Shown: positions 1 through 9,363 of the stretch, one piece after another
How positions within the stretch are numbered: the first letter of the stretch is position 1
Layout: each line of letters starts with the position of its first letter
From: an uncultured Halobacteriales archaeon
GTDB lineage: Archaea > Halobacteriota > Halobacteria > Halobacteriales > Haloarculaceae
DNA: 64,000 bases
Direction: 5' to 3'
NCBI GenBank assembly: GCA_964534485.1
Contig: CAZHPM010000001.1
Span: 8,551 to 72,550, forward strand
Translations under genes and position numbers: made by a program
The notes under the pieces: generated by a model
Database searches by the model: none
Seen by the model: only the letters and a program-made list of their open reading frames with translations
What the model was told of the DNA's origin: nothing

Positions 1-2
1 AG

Positions 3-986
3 AGCGGCGACAACGTCGTCACCGCGTCGGCGCTGTATGGAGGCACCTACACCTACTTCACACACACCGCGAGTCGCCGCGGTATCGAGGCGCGTTTCGT
101 CGACACGCTCGACTACGAGGCCTACGAGGAGGCTATCGACGAGGACACCGCCTACGTCCACGCCGAGACCATCGGCAACCCGGCGCTCGTGACGCCGGAG
201 CTCGACCGGCTCGCGGACATCGCCCACGAGAACAACACGCCACTCTTTGTCGACAACACGTTCGCAACGCCGTACCTCTGTCAGCCGTTCGACGCCGGCG
301 TGGACCTCATCTGGCACTCGACGACGAAGTGGATTCACGGCAGCGGGTCGACAATCGGCGGCGCGCTGGTCGACTCCGGTGGGACACCGTGGGCCGAGTG
401 GGGGTACGAAGAGATCGGCGAGGACAACCCCGCCTACCACGGTGTCAACTTCTCCGAGCGGTTCGGCGACGCCGCGTTCACCTTCGCCGCCCGCGCCCGC
501 GGCCTGCGCGACCTGGGCAACCAGCAGTCACCGTTCGACAGCTGGACGACGATGCAGAAACTCGAGTCACTCCCGATGCGGATGCAGCGCCACTCGGACA
601 ACGCGATGGCCGTCGCGGAGTACCTGGAGGACCACTCCGCGGTGTCGTGGGTCAACTACCCCGGACTGGCGTCGCACGAAACCCACGACAACGCCGGCGA
701 GTACCTCGACAACGGGTACGGCGGGATGATAACATTCGGGATGGCCGACGGCTACGAGGCCGGCCGCCAACTCTGTCGCGAGGTCGACCTGGCGAGTCTG
801 GTCGCGAACGTCGGTGACGCGAAGACACTCATCATCCACCCCGCGAGCACGACCCACCAGCAACTCACCGACGAGGAACAGGAGGCCTCTGGCGTGACCG
901 ACGACCTGATTCGCCTCTCTGTCGGACTGGAGGCGACCGAGGACATCATCACCGACATAGACCAGGCCATCGAGGCCTCGACCTGA
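3..986 (+). CDS. O-acetylhomoserine aminocarboxypropyltransferase/sulfhydrylase (PLP, Cys/Met metabolism family), 5' end outside window
   Basis: Frame open from base 3 ([16 protein letters not shown]); motifs [49 protein letters not shown]. Confidence 0.9.
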   Translation, partial: SGDNVVTASALYGGTYTYFTHTASRRGIEARFVDTLDYEAYEEAIDEDTAYVHAETIGNPALVTPELDRLADIAHENNTPLFVDNTFATPYLCQPFDAGVDLIWHSTTKWIHGSGSTIGGALVDSGGTPWAEWGYEEIGEDNPAYHGVNFSERFGDAAFTFAARARGLRDLGNQQSPFDSWTTMQKLESLPMRMQRHSDNAMAVAEYLEDHSAVSWVNYPGLASHETHDNAGEYLDNGYGGMITFGMADGYEAGRQLCREVDLASLVANVGDAKTLIIHPASTTHQQLTDEEQEASGVTDDLIRLSVGLEATEDIITDIDQAIEAST

Positions 987-1088
987 CGGGGGTCGCGCTC
1001 TGGCGTGTTGAACGTCCTCGCCCGCTCTCCGTGAGGTCTGGCCGACTCCGTGACTGGTGGTGGCGTGTTGAAGGCCCACGACCGCGAG

Positions 1089-2300
1089 TCATGTCAACAC
1101 CTCGACCTCGTAGCCGTCGTCCTCAAGTGCGCCGATGAGCGCCTCGACGTGGTCCGGACCACGGGTCTCCAGGTCGACCTCGATTTCGGCGTCGTTCATC
1201 GAGACGTCCCGCGAGGTCCGGTCGTGTTGTATCGCGTAGATGTTTGCCTCGGCCTCGGAGACGATATCGGTGAACGATTCGAGTGCACCGGGCCGGTCTG
1301 GCAGCACCGTCCGAATACGGAGATACCGTCCCGTCTCTATCAGGCCGTGGACGATGACCGTCGACAGCATGTTCATGTCGATGTTGCCGCCACAGAGCGC
1401 CGGGACGACCACCTCGTCGTCGTCGTACTCGAACTGTCCGGAGAGCAGCGCCGCGAGCGCCGCCGCGCCGGCACCCTCGGTGAGCATCTTCGACCGCTCT
1501 AACAGTGTCACGATGGCGACCGCAATCTCGGCGTCCGAAACCGTCACCACCTCGTCGACGCGTTCCTGGATGACCTCGAACGTCTTCGCCCCCACCGACC
1601 GCGTCGCGATGCCGTCCGCAACCGTGTCGACGCTGCCGAGTTCGACCCGCTCGCCGTCCTCGACCGACCGGGCCGCACTCGCCGCACCCTCTGCCTGCAC
1701 ACCGACGACCCGGATATCGGGATTGCTGCCCTTGAGTGCCGTCGCGACCCCGGCGATGAGACCGCCGCCGCCGATTGGAACGACGACGGTCTCGACCTCC
1801 GGGAGTTCGTCGACAATCTCCAGTCCGACCGTGCCCTGACCGGCCATCACCTCCCAGTCGTCGAACGCCGGCAGATAGTAACGACCCCTCTCGCGCTCGA
1901 TTTCGCGGGCGCGCTGGGCCGCGGCGTCGTAGTCGACGCCGTGGAGAACCACCTCTGCGCCGTAGGCGCGTGTGGCTTTCACCTTCGATGTTGGCGCGTC
2001 CTCCGGCATGACCACCACGGCGTCGACACCCATCCGCGTGGCCGCGAGTGCAACCCCCTGTGCGTGGTTGCCCGCGCTCGCGGTGACCACCCCCGCGTCG
2101 AGGTCACGCTCGGGCAGTGTCGCGATGCGGTTGGTCGCGCCGCGAATCTTGAACGCGCCCGTCCGCTGGAGCATCTCCTTTTTCAGGTGGACGTCTGCAC
2201 CTGTCATCGAGGAGAACGTGTACGAGTAGGCGAGTGGCGTCTTCCGGGCGGTTTCGGCCACCCGCTCCCGGGCCGCCACCACGTCGTCGAATTCGAGCAT
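1089..2300 (-). CDS. ilvA: Threonine ammonia-lyase with C-terminal ACT domain
   Basis: TGAFKIRGA PLP-lysine motif, SAGNHAQG, PIGGGGL, C-terminal LPDRPGAL ACT domain. Confidence 0.93.
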   Translation of the reverse strand: MLEFDDVVAARERVAETARKTPLAYSYTFSSMTGADVHLKKEMLQRTGAFKIRGATNRIATLPERDLDAGVVTASAGNHAQGVALAATRMGVDAVVVMPEDAPTSKVKATRAYGAEVVLHGVDYDAAAQRAREIERERGRYYLPAFDDWEVMAGQGTVGLEIVDELPEVETVVVPIGGGGLIAGVATALKGSNPDIRVVGVQAEGAASAARSVEDGERVELGSVDTVADGIATRSVGAKTFEVIQERVDEVVTVSDAEIAVAIVTLLERSKMLTEGAGAAALAALLSGQFEYDDDEVVVPALCGGNIDMNMLSTVIVHGLIETGRYLRIRTVLPDRPGALESFTDIVSEAEANIYAIQHDRTSRDVSMNDAEIEVDLETRGPDHVEALIGALEDDGYEVEVLT

Positions 2301-2469
2301 ACGACCCCCTTTTTTGCGGTGTCTCTTATCTGTGGCGGCACGCGAACGCCCGATTCTGTATCGCAGTATTTGCTTTATCGACTGCTGCTGTCGTGTCGCG
2401 TGCCCCGTCGAATATCAGTATCGATACTGAGGCAAAACAGTATTAAACAGAGCACTCGTACCCAGAAGT

Positions 2470-2901
2470 ATGTCCACGACCCTCCCCGACCGGATTCGCG
2501 TCCTCCACGTCGACGACGAGCCCGGCCTCGCAGAACTGACCGCGACGTTCCTCGAGCGCGAGGACGAGCGGTTGACGGTGGAGACCGCGACCAGCGCCGA
2601 GGAGGGGCTGGAGCTGTTCGACGAACCGCGACACGACTGTGTGGTCTCTGACTACTGTATCCCCGGAACGGACGGACTCGATTTCCTCCGGGCCGTCCGG
2701 CAGGACCACCCGGAACTGCCCTTTATTCTGTACACCGCGAAGAGCCCCGAAGCCATCGACTGCGACAGCCGTCTCGCGACCAACTACCTGCAGAAACAAC
2801 CCGGGACGGAACAGTACGAGCGCCTGGCCGACCAGATTCGCGACGCCGTCAGGTCACGACACGAGTACAGTAGACAGGCAGACGTCCACGTGAGCGACTG
2901 A
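2470..2901 (+). CDS. Stand-alone response regulator receiver-domain protein
   Basis: IRVLHVDDE, DCVVSDY phospho-acceptor, DGLDFL, LPFILYT, YLQK; no output domain. Confidence 0.85.
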   Translation: MSTTLPDRIRVLHVDDEPGLAELTATFLEREDERLTVETATSAEEGLELFDEPRHDCVVSDYCIPGTDGLDFLRAVRQDHPELPFILYTAKSPEAIDCDSRLATNYLQKQPGTEQYERLADQIRDAVRSRHEYSRQADVHVSD

Positions 2902-3150
2902 ACCGGACACGACTGCGAACGGGCCAAGCACCCCCGCCCGGGAGCCACGGTCGGCCTCGTCACCGAACCGGCAGGGGTCGCCGTGTCTCGTTTTGCCCGG
3001 CACACTCCAAAGACGACCCGAGTAGCCGTCCCCCGCGCTCGCCCGCTGTGGCGTCTCGCTCGTCACTGCTCTCCCCCCGGTGGGGTCGGTCGTGTCTCCG
3101 CTGGGGTGATACACCTCATGTCGCTATACGAATCCACGTCTCTGCCAGGT

Positions 3151-3642
3151 TCACCGGAGGTCGTGAAACTCCACGTCGCCGGTGTCGGTATCGATTACCA
3201 CCCCAGCAGGCGGTTCGCCGCCGTCGGTGGTCGTGTCGACACCGCCGGGATTGACCCGGACCGTGCCGTCGTGGTCCTCGTGGACGCGCTGGTGGGTGTG
3301 ACCGTGGAGAACGTAGTCGTACTCGCCACAGCCAACCAGCGCGTCGACGATTGGCTGGCTGGTGCCGTGGTAGACGGCCACCGACACGCCGCCAAGCGAG
3401 AGTTCGCCCATCTCGCCGAGATACGCCCCGAACGACCGGACGGCGTCCCGGAGCGACCACTCGCCGTCGTTGTTGCCCCTGACCGCGTAGAAGTCGAAGT
3501 CGGCGTCGAACGGTGTCGCAGAGAACGGTGCGACGATATCGCCACAGTGGACGACGGTGTCGACACGACCCTCGAAGCAGTCGACTGCCGCCGCGACGAC
3601 CTCGAGGTCGTCGTGTGTGTCCGAGACGACGCCGATTTTCAT
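3151..3642 (-). CDS. Calcineurin-like metallophosphoesterase (YfcE/MJ0936 type)
   Basis: Start MKIGVVSDTHD; HCGD, VRGNND, YHG, HGHTH, NPG motifs. Confidence 0.9.
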   Translation of the reverse strand: MKIGVVSDTHDDLEVVAAAVDCFEGRVDTVVHCGDIVAPFSATPFDADFDFYAVRGNNDGEWSLRDAVRSFGAYLGEMGELSLGGVSVAVYHGTSQPIVDALVGCGEYDYVLHGHTHQRVHEDHDGTVRVNPGGVDTTTDGGEPPAGVVIDTDTGDVEFHDLR

Positions 3643-3923
3643 TCGATTGTGACCTCCCCGTCCGTGTGGTCGCCCTCGGCGTGTTCGTCCCACTCGAGTT
3701 CGAACTCGACGCTGAGTTCTTTCGGGCCGTCTGTCGGCCCCTCGCGCTCGGCCTTTATTTCGAACTCCGAGGTGTCTGGCGGGTCCATCGTCACGGACTC
3801 GCCGCCGGCACTGAGTGTCAGTGACTCCCCGTTCTCGAGGTTGTCGGCGACCGTTCGCAGGAGTGTGGCGATGTCTTTGCGGCTCTGCTTGCTCTCGGAC
3901 TCGAACAGCACTTCTTCTGGCAT
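3639..3923 (-). CDS. Amphi-Trp domain protein
   Basis: MPEEVLFESESKQSRKDIATLLRTVADNL...ELSVEFELEW; stop overlaps the start of the phosphoesterase (ATGA). Confidence 0.8.
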   Translation of the reverse strand: MPEEVLFESESKQSRKDIATLLRTVADNLENGESLTLSAGGESVTMDPPDTSEFEIKAEREGPTDGPKELSVEFELEWDEHAEGDHTDGEVTIE

Positions 3924-3970
3924 ATCTACCGGTACGTGTCCACGGGGTATAAGTGTCGGTGCAGAACCTG

Positions 3971-4921
3971 TCACTGCCGGGGTCTGGCCGGGTCGACGTG
4001 GTGGGTGACAGCCTCGACGCGGTCGAGACCGTGGCTGTCGGCGACCAGCGGCACCTCGCGCACCGGCAGGTCGAACTGTGATTCGACCGTCCCGATGATA
4101 TCCTTCTGCTCTTGATACCGTGGCCAACAGGTCTGACAGTCCTCGGAAGCGTCCTGCAGGACCTTGTTGACCAGCAGGCGGCCGACGGTAATCTCGCCCT
4201 CGTCGAGTTCGGTGAGTAGTCGTTCGGTTTCGGCAACGGACATCCGCTCTGGCAGGGTGACGGCCCTGAACTCGGTTCTGTCGCCGTCGCGGAGTCGGTC
4301 GCCGACCTGCTGGGTTATCTCCTCGAGTTGGTCCATTCGCTTCGAGTAACTGGGTCCATCGGAGTCGCCACCCCGACCCACGAGACTGCCGAGTGTGCTC
4401 GTGACGGAGTCGAACTGCCCTTTCAGCGAGATGAGTCGCCCGACAGTGGTGTTCATCACGTCTGGCAGACTGAGCAGACGCAGTGTGTGTCCCGTTGGAG
4501 CCGTGTCGAAGACCACGGCCTCCCAGTCCGGATTGTCGTCGTACTCCGCGAACAGGTCGAGCACCGCCACCTCGTCGGCCCCGGGAACCATCCCGCGCTC
4601 GGCAACCTCGCCGACGTCGTCCTCCGAGACGTCGATACCCAGCGAGCGCACGTCGTCTATCATCTCGCCGAACGTGTCGCCGTACCGCTCCCGGAAGCGC
4701 TCTCGTGGGTCGATCTCCAGCGCGTAGAGGTCTGGCACGTCGGTCACCCGCGTCGGTGTCTCTCCGACTGGACTGTCGTAGGCGTCAGCGATACTGTGTG
4801 CCGGGTCTGTACTCACAACCAGCGTCCGTACGCCGTTTCTGGCAGTCTTCAACCCGGTCGCGGCGGCCAGTGTCGTCTTCCCGACGCCTCCTTTCCCGCC
4901 GAACAGGACGAACTCGGTCAC
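3971..4921 (-). CDS. ArsA/Get3(TRC40)-family ATPase, single domain
   Basis: GGKGGVGKTT, STDPAHS, DTAPTGHTLRLL, C-terminal CQTC; GTG start inferred. Confidence 0.9.
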   Translation of the reverse strand: MTEFVLFGGKGGVGKTTLAAATGLKTARNGVRTLVVSTDPAHSIADAYDSPVGETPTRVTDVPDLYALEIDPRERFRERYGDTFGEMIDDVRSLGIDVSEDDVGEVAERGMVPGADEVAVLDLFAEYDDNPDWEAVVFDTAPTGHTLRLLSLPDVMNTTVGRLISLKGQFDSVTSTLGSLVGRGGDSDGPSYSKRMDQLEEITQQVGDRLRDGDRTEFRAVTLPERMSVAETERLLTELDEGEITVGRLLVNKVLQDASEDCQTCWPRYQEQKDIIGTVESQFDLPVREVPLVADSHGLDRVEAVTHHVDPARPRQ

Positions 4922-5095
4922 GGTTTCGCTAATACGCGTAGCCACATAAACGACCACCGTTCTCGACCGACTGTGCAGGCACCGGTTCCCGCGTGACCGT
5001 AGTGTGTGCCCTCTCCTAGCCGGGTCCGTCCCGTGGCGCGTGACCGTTGTCCGGTCACCGACCAGGGTAACTGATATCCGAGACCGCACACGATT

Positions 5096-5533
5096 GTGGA
5101 GCGACCCATCGCAGTCGTGGACGCGTCGGTCGGTGACACGCCGGCAGAGCGGACTCTCACCCGGGATATCGACGCCGTGACGACGGGTCTACACAAATAG
5201 CAACTCGACTCCGAGGCGGTTCACGGGGCCAGTGCCGGGCGCTACGACGGTGTGGTCGTCGGTAACCCACAGACCTCGGTGTACGACGACCACGACTGGA
5301 TTCACGCCCTCACGTCGTGTCGAGGGGTCCACCGGGCGGACGTGCCGGTGTTTGGCATCTGCTGGGGCCACCAGTTTCTCGCCCAGTCGCTGGACGGGCG
5401 CGTGGTCGACGTGGGCGAGTACGAACTGGGGTACCGGACTGTCGGGTCGACCGGTTCCCGCCCCGAAGGCTGGTGTCTCGCGTTCTACTGGTACACCAGA
5501 GTCCGGGACGACAGACCGGTTCGAGTGGTGTGA
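5096..5533 (+). pseudogene. Class I glutamine amidotransferase remnant
   Basis: Single frame MERPIAVVDASVG...; in-frame TAG at 5198-5200; YDGVVV and GICWGHQFLAQ nucleophile elbow; similarity lost after ELGYRTV, no HPE motif. Confidence 0.75.
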
Positions 5534-5542
5534 CTGTCACGC

Positions 5543-6706
5543 TCAGATGCCAAAAGCAAAGCGGAGCATATCACGCGTCCCCGGGCCGAGTCCGACAGCG
5601 ACGATGGCACCGAGCAGCATTATTCCAAATCGGGGACTCTCCTCCAGGAACTCCCGGTCGAACAGCGCCACGATGGCCAGTGGCACCGCGAGTTTGACCA
5701 GCGCGAACGGCCAGGCGTCACCGACGTAGACGCCGGCGAGGGCATCCCCGCCCTGCAGCGAGTTCGTCACGTCGATTACGAGTTCGTTGAACGGGTGTTT
5801 CGGACTGTAGGAGATACCGAGATTCCAGACCTGTGTCCAGTCGTTCGCGAGAACGTTCGCGTAGCCGTCGATGGCGTGCCCCCAGAGTACCACCAGTCCG
5901 ACGAGTCCGGTGCCGGCGTGGACCGCGGGCCGCCACTCGCGGGCCGCGGCGTAGACGGCCGCTGCGCTCGCGGTTGCCAGCCCCACCACGGCGACCAGTA
6001 CACCCGGGTGGAAGGCGACGTACTCCGTTGTTACCGAGAGCGAGAACAGGTAGCCAACGGTACCGACTAGCCAGAGTGTGCCGATGGCCGCGAGCGGGCG
6101 CGTGTACCCGTCTGTCAGGTCCCGACTGGCGAGCAACTTGGCGAACAGAAAGGCACCGAGCGCGATGACGAAGACAGTGAAGTAAATAAAGGGGCTGATG
6201 AACGCCGCGCTCGCGGGAAACTCGAGTGCGGGCGTCTGCCCGGCGCGGTTCGCGGCGACGAAGGCGTCCTCGACGGTCCGGAGTGCACCACCGAACAGCA
6301 TGAACGGGACCAGTGCGTAGAAAAACTGCTTGTACGGCCGGAGCTCCATCCGCTGGAGCAACAGGTAGATACCCGCGAGCATGAACACCAGCACGAGGAT
6401 GTAACTGGCCGTCGAGACGACGGTGTAGCCGGGTTCGGCAATAAAAACGGTGTTCTGGTAGGCGGCGTCAGAACAGCCAGCGGCCTGCTCGCCAGGTACA
6501 GTGCGACCCTCGTCGGCCAGGTGGACGTAACAGCTCTCGCCCTCGGCGTCCGCCCGCACCGGTCCCCAGAAGAACTGCCAGAGAAAGCCATGATACACGC
6601 GCTCTGTGAACGCCAGCGCGGCGGCGACGAGGGTAACGATACCGGTCACGAGGGCCGCGGACCACGCCTGTTCGGGACTGAGGCCGACCCTGTCGAGGGT
6701 CTCCAT
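5543..6706 (-). CDS. DUF63-family multi-pass membrane protein
   Basis: FWGPV, GYTVVST, PFMLFGGALR, HAIDG, PKHP, VGLGPGTRD motifs; many TM segments. Confidence 0.8.
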   Translation of the reverse strand: METLDRVGLSPEQAWSAALVTGIVTLVAAALAFTERVYHGFLWQFFWGPVRADAEGESCYVHLADEGRTVPGEQAAGCSDAAYQNTVFIAEPGYTVVSTASYILVLVFMLAGIYLLLQRMELRPYKQFFYALVPFMLFGGALRTVEDAFVAANRAGQTPALEFPASAAFISPFIYFTVFVIALGAFLFAKLLASRDLTDGYTRPLAAIGTLWLVGTVGYLFSLSVTTEYVAFHPGVLVAVVGLATASAAAVYAAAREWRPAVHAGTGLVGLVVLWGHAIDGYANVLANDWTQVWNLGISYSPKHPFNELVIDVTNSLQGGDALAGVYVGDAWPFALVKLAVPLAIVALFDREFLEESPRFGIMLLGAIVAVGLGPGTRDMLRFAFGI

Positions 6707-6828
6707 ACCCGTGAGTCGGGACAGCCGGCACATTGAGGATTCCGGTCTCGTGTGGCGACTGTGCACGCTCGCGCGGGAGTCTCGTCAGGCACGGTCTATT
6801 TGTGCTGTTCTTCCGCAACTGTTCTAGT

Positions 6829-7329
6829 ATGAATCGCAGAACGTTCCTCGTCGCAACGAGTTCGGCGGCGACAGTGGCACTCGCGGGCTGTTCCGGCGGC
6901 GGCGGCGCCGACACGAGCAGTCCGGAGGCGGTCGTGGAGTCGTACTACGACGTCGTGGCCTCGGACACAGAGGCGGCACGGGATTTGTTCCACAGCGAGT
7001 CGCCATCGCTCCAGAGGGAAGCAAACGCGAACGCCAGCGACGTCGATGTGAGCTACGACAACGTAGAAGTCACGCTCGTCTCCGAGAACCTGAGCGAGAG
7101 CGAACTCAGAGAGAAATTCCCGGTCCGGTTCCGCAGGTCCGGCGGTTCGCTGGTCTTCAGCGACGACCTGAAAGCCACAGTCATCGAGGAGAACGCAATC
7201 GTCGAGGCGTCGTACGAATTCTCCGGAGAGGGTATATCGGGAACGCGACAGTTGACTGCCGAGTGGTTGACCACGACCGAAGACGGCGACTGGCAGATTG
7301 TGATAGCGGGCACGACATCGGAAAACTGA
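6829..7329 (+). CDS. Tat-exported lipoprotein of unknown function
   Basis: MNRRTFL twin-arginine motif and LAGC lipobox; SPEAVVESYY...EDGDWQIV. Confidence 0.8.
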   Translation: MNRRTFLVATSSAATVALAGCSGGGGADTSSPEAVVESYYDVVASDTEAARDLFHSESPSLQREANANASDVDVSYDNVEVTLVSENLSESELREKFPVRFRRSGGSLVFSDDLKATVIEENAIVEASYEFSGEGISGTRQLTAEWLTTTEDGDWQIVIAGTTSEN

Positions 7330-7455
7330 CACCCCGAACGGGTTTCCTCGACAGTACCGCGACGCTCCGGTGACCCCGCGGAGAGAACAAACACCACAGT
7401 TGCCCGTTCTGGATGCGACAGAATTTAATCGGCCGATAGGCTACCAGACGACTGT

Positions 7456-7561
7456 GGGCCTGTAGCTCAGTCCGGTAAGAGCCCCCGGCTCATACGGTAT
7501 CGAGTCCCGTCTCGGTGCCTGGGACACCGGGTACGCGGTGGTTCAAATCCGCCCGGGCCCA
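7456..7561 (+). tRNA. tRNA with CAU anticodon (probably Ile2, otherwise Met) and a 31-nt intron at 37/38 (7495-7525)
   Basis: Acceptor GGGCCTG/CGGGCCC+A; anticodon stem CCCGG/CCGGG with CAT at 7491-7493; T-arm GGTGG-TTCAAAT-CCGCC; intron forms a bulge-helix-bulge (CTCA/TGGG, GGTATCGAG/CTCGGTGCC). Confidence 0.92.
7540..7561 (+). repeat. attL-like copy (tRNA 3' end)
   Basis: GGTTCAAATCCGCCCGGGCCCA; 20/22 identical to 14470-14491. Confidence 0.8.
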
Positions 7562-7790
7562 TCCATCAGATGCACGGTTCCTAGCCGACTGAATCGCCCG
7601 CGAGAGCGTCTGTACCATCTGTTTTCGAGATTCCGGCCGATTTTCGCGCGCGCTTTTGCTCTGGAGTTCAACCATGCTACGTACGCGGGTCGACGCCTTC
7701 CGGGCTTCCGTGATGTTTGATGGGGGCGTCGCAGTTAATCAATCACTGATTGATACTGCTGGAGGTCAGTTTGAGGCGAGAGGATTATAC

Positions 7791-8941
7791 CAAGAGCAGG
7801 CGCAATACCACGGCCCTCAGGCCGTGGATACGCGCCGTCACTCTGAGGAACTAACAACGACACAGACACTGTTCCACAACCACTCGCAAGTGGTTGCTGC
7901 GTTAGACCGGCACGGGTGGTCAGCATCAAAAACTGTGGAACGTCGCACTGTCCCACGCTCGCACTCCGCGCGACGAGACCGGTAAAAATCCTGATGAAGG
8001 CGAACTGAGAGACGAACTGAAAACCCACTCCAAATACGACGGACTGCATAGCCAGTCCAGTCAAAAAGTTCTCGAAGAGCTTTCTGAAGTCTTCAGTTTG
8101 TGGTACGGTTCCGATGACAATCGGGATACCCCGCCGGGATACCGGAAAGAAAACTACTGCGACCACCACGGCAACCGCGTTCACGAAGAGCATCCCCGTT
8201 CAACAGTGACGTGGAAAACAAGCGGCATCCGACACGACGATACGCACGACCAAATTCGACTCAGCAAAGACTCTCCCCACAAGGATGGACGCGATTTCAT
8301 CCTTTGCGAGTATGAGGCCCCACCTGAGGTCGAGTTGGAAAGCGTTCAGCAAGTCCGAGCGGTTTGGAAATCGGGCAAGCAACAGTGGGAGCTACATGTT
8401 GTTTGCAAGTACGACATCACCACCGAGTCACCGGGGGAGAACGTGACTGGTGTTGACCTCGGTATCTGCAATCCTGCCGCCGTCGCGTTCCCCAATGACT
8501 CTTTATTCTACCCCGGCAACCGACTTCGCGAAGACAAGCACTACTCCCAGCGCGAAGAGTACCAGACCGAGGGAAATCACGGCCCATCGCACAAAGCACA
8601 GTGGGCGCGTGAGAAACTGTCTCGGCGGAAAGACCACTTCCTACACGTATTGTCGAAAGACATCGTTGAACGATGTGTCGAACACGATGTTGGCACGCTC
8701 GTTGTCGGTGACCCGAGTGGAGTAGACGAGAGTGACTGGGGTCGCCACGGCAACAAGTGCCTCGACAATTGGGCCCACAAGCGGGTGATGAACCTGATTG
8801 ATCACAAGGCTCGTGAGCGTGGCATTGAAGTGGAGATGCCGGACTCACGGATTCCAACTGCGAGACACCCGTACGAATGCCGCGAAACCCGAATTATCCC
8901 ACCGCGCGGGATTCCCCCGCGTTCGCGGGGGAGAAAGTCAA
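7791..8941 (+). mobile_element. Degenerate IS200/IS605-family (IS1341-type, tnpB only) element
   Basis: Left hairpin CCACGGCC-CTCA-GGCCGTGG near 7808-7827; right hairpin TCCCCCGCG-TT-CGCGGGGGA followed by GTCAA ending at 8941; left boundary approximate. Confidence 0.75.
7875..8850 (+). pseudogene. tnpB: TnpB (RNA-guided endonuclease family) pseudogene
   Basis: LDRHGWSASK / frameshift in A-run near 7930 / LWNVA...LHSQSSQKVLEEL; RuvC-I GVDLGICN; no start codon, zinc finger or RuvC-III; boundaries approximate. Confidence 0.85.
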
Positions 8942-9129
8942 TTGCGTTCTCAACTGGCTTTTCGAAGCCCGCTTCCACGCCGCATATCCGCTTGTGTTTG
9001 AGCTACAACTCACACGAACGCAGAAATTAATCGTCCGGCGGGTCAAAGCGAGCGACTGCTACAATCCCGAACAGACCGGAACTGACCGGTCGTTGGCCGT
9101 GGTGCAGCACAGACCGCGGGCACGATGCA

Positions 9130-9363
9130 AAAATACACATCAAAATCGAGAACATATTCTGTTGTCCTACTTCAATTGTAACTCAAAACTGCGGCGCAGT
9201 CACGATTCCATAAGCTCGTAGAGATGTGCTAAAAGACTCTAATTGTGGCAAAAATTGATTTAATAAATGTATGATTATTCAGATATAGAAAATATATGTG
9301 ACGAAGTGTAAATAAACAAACCCCCATGTTTATTAATTACAACTTACTATTGTATCACTAACT
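9130..9363 (+). promoter_or_regulatory. Strongly AT-rich region upstream of the giant pilin gene, with TATA-like boxes
   Basis: AT-rich versus the GC-rich window; TTTATTAA about 28-35 nt upstream of the ATG at 9364. Confidence 0.5.

Noticed and set aside
3971..4921. Arsenic-resistance operon
   Set aside because: No arsB, arsC, arsD or arsR; single-domain Get3-like architecture
5198..5200. In-frame TAG (also 13271-13273) as pyrrolysine or read-through
   Set aside because: Both genes carry other lesions and no pyl genes are visible; decay is the simpler explanation
7925..7935. Programmed frameshift in tnpB
   Set aside because: The gene also lacks its start and C-terminal catalytic region, so this is a mutation
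7562..9030. Possible gene split by the IS (minus-strand join reads ...VEAGFEKPVENASIILSPQTDLQQY...)
   Set aside because: Several stops and no recognisable family, so it cannot be supported by eye
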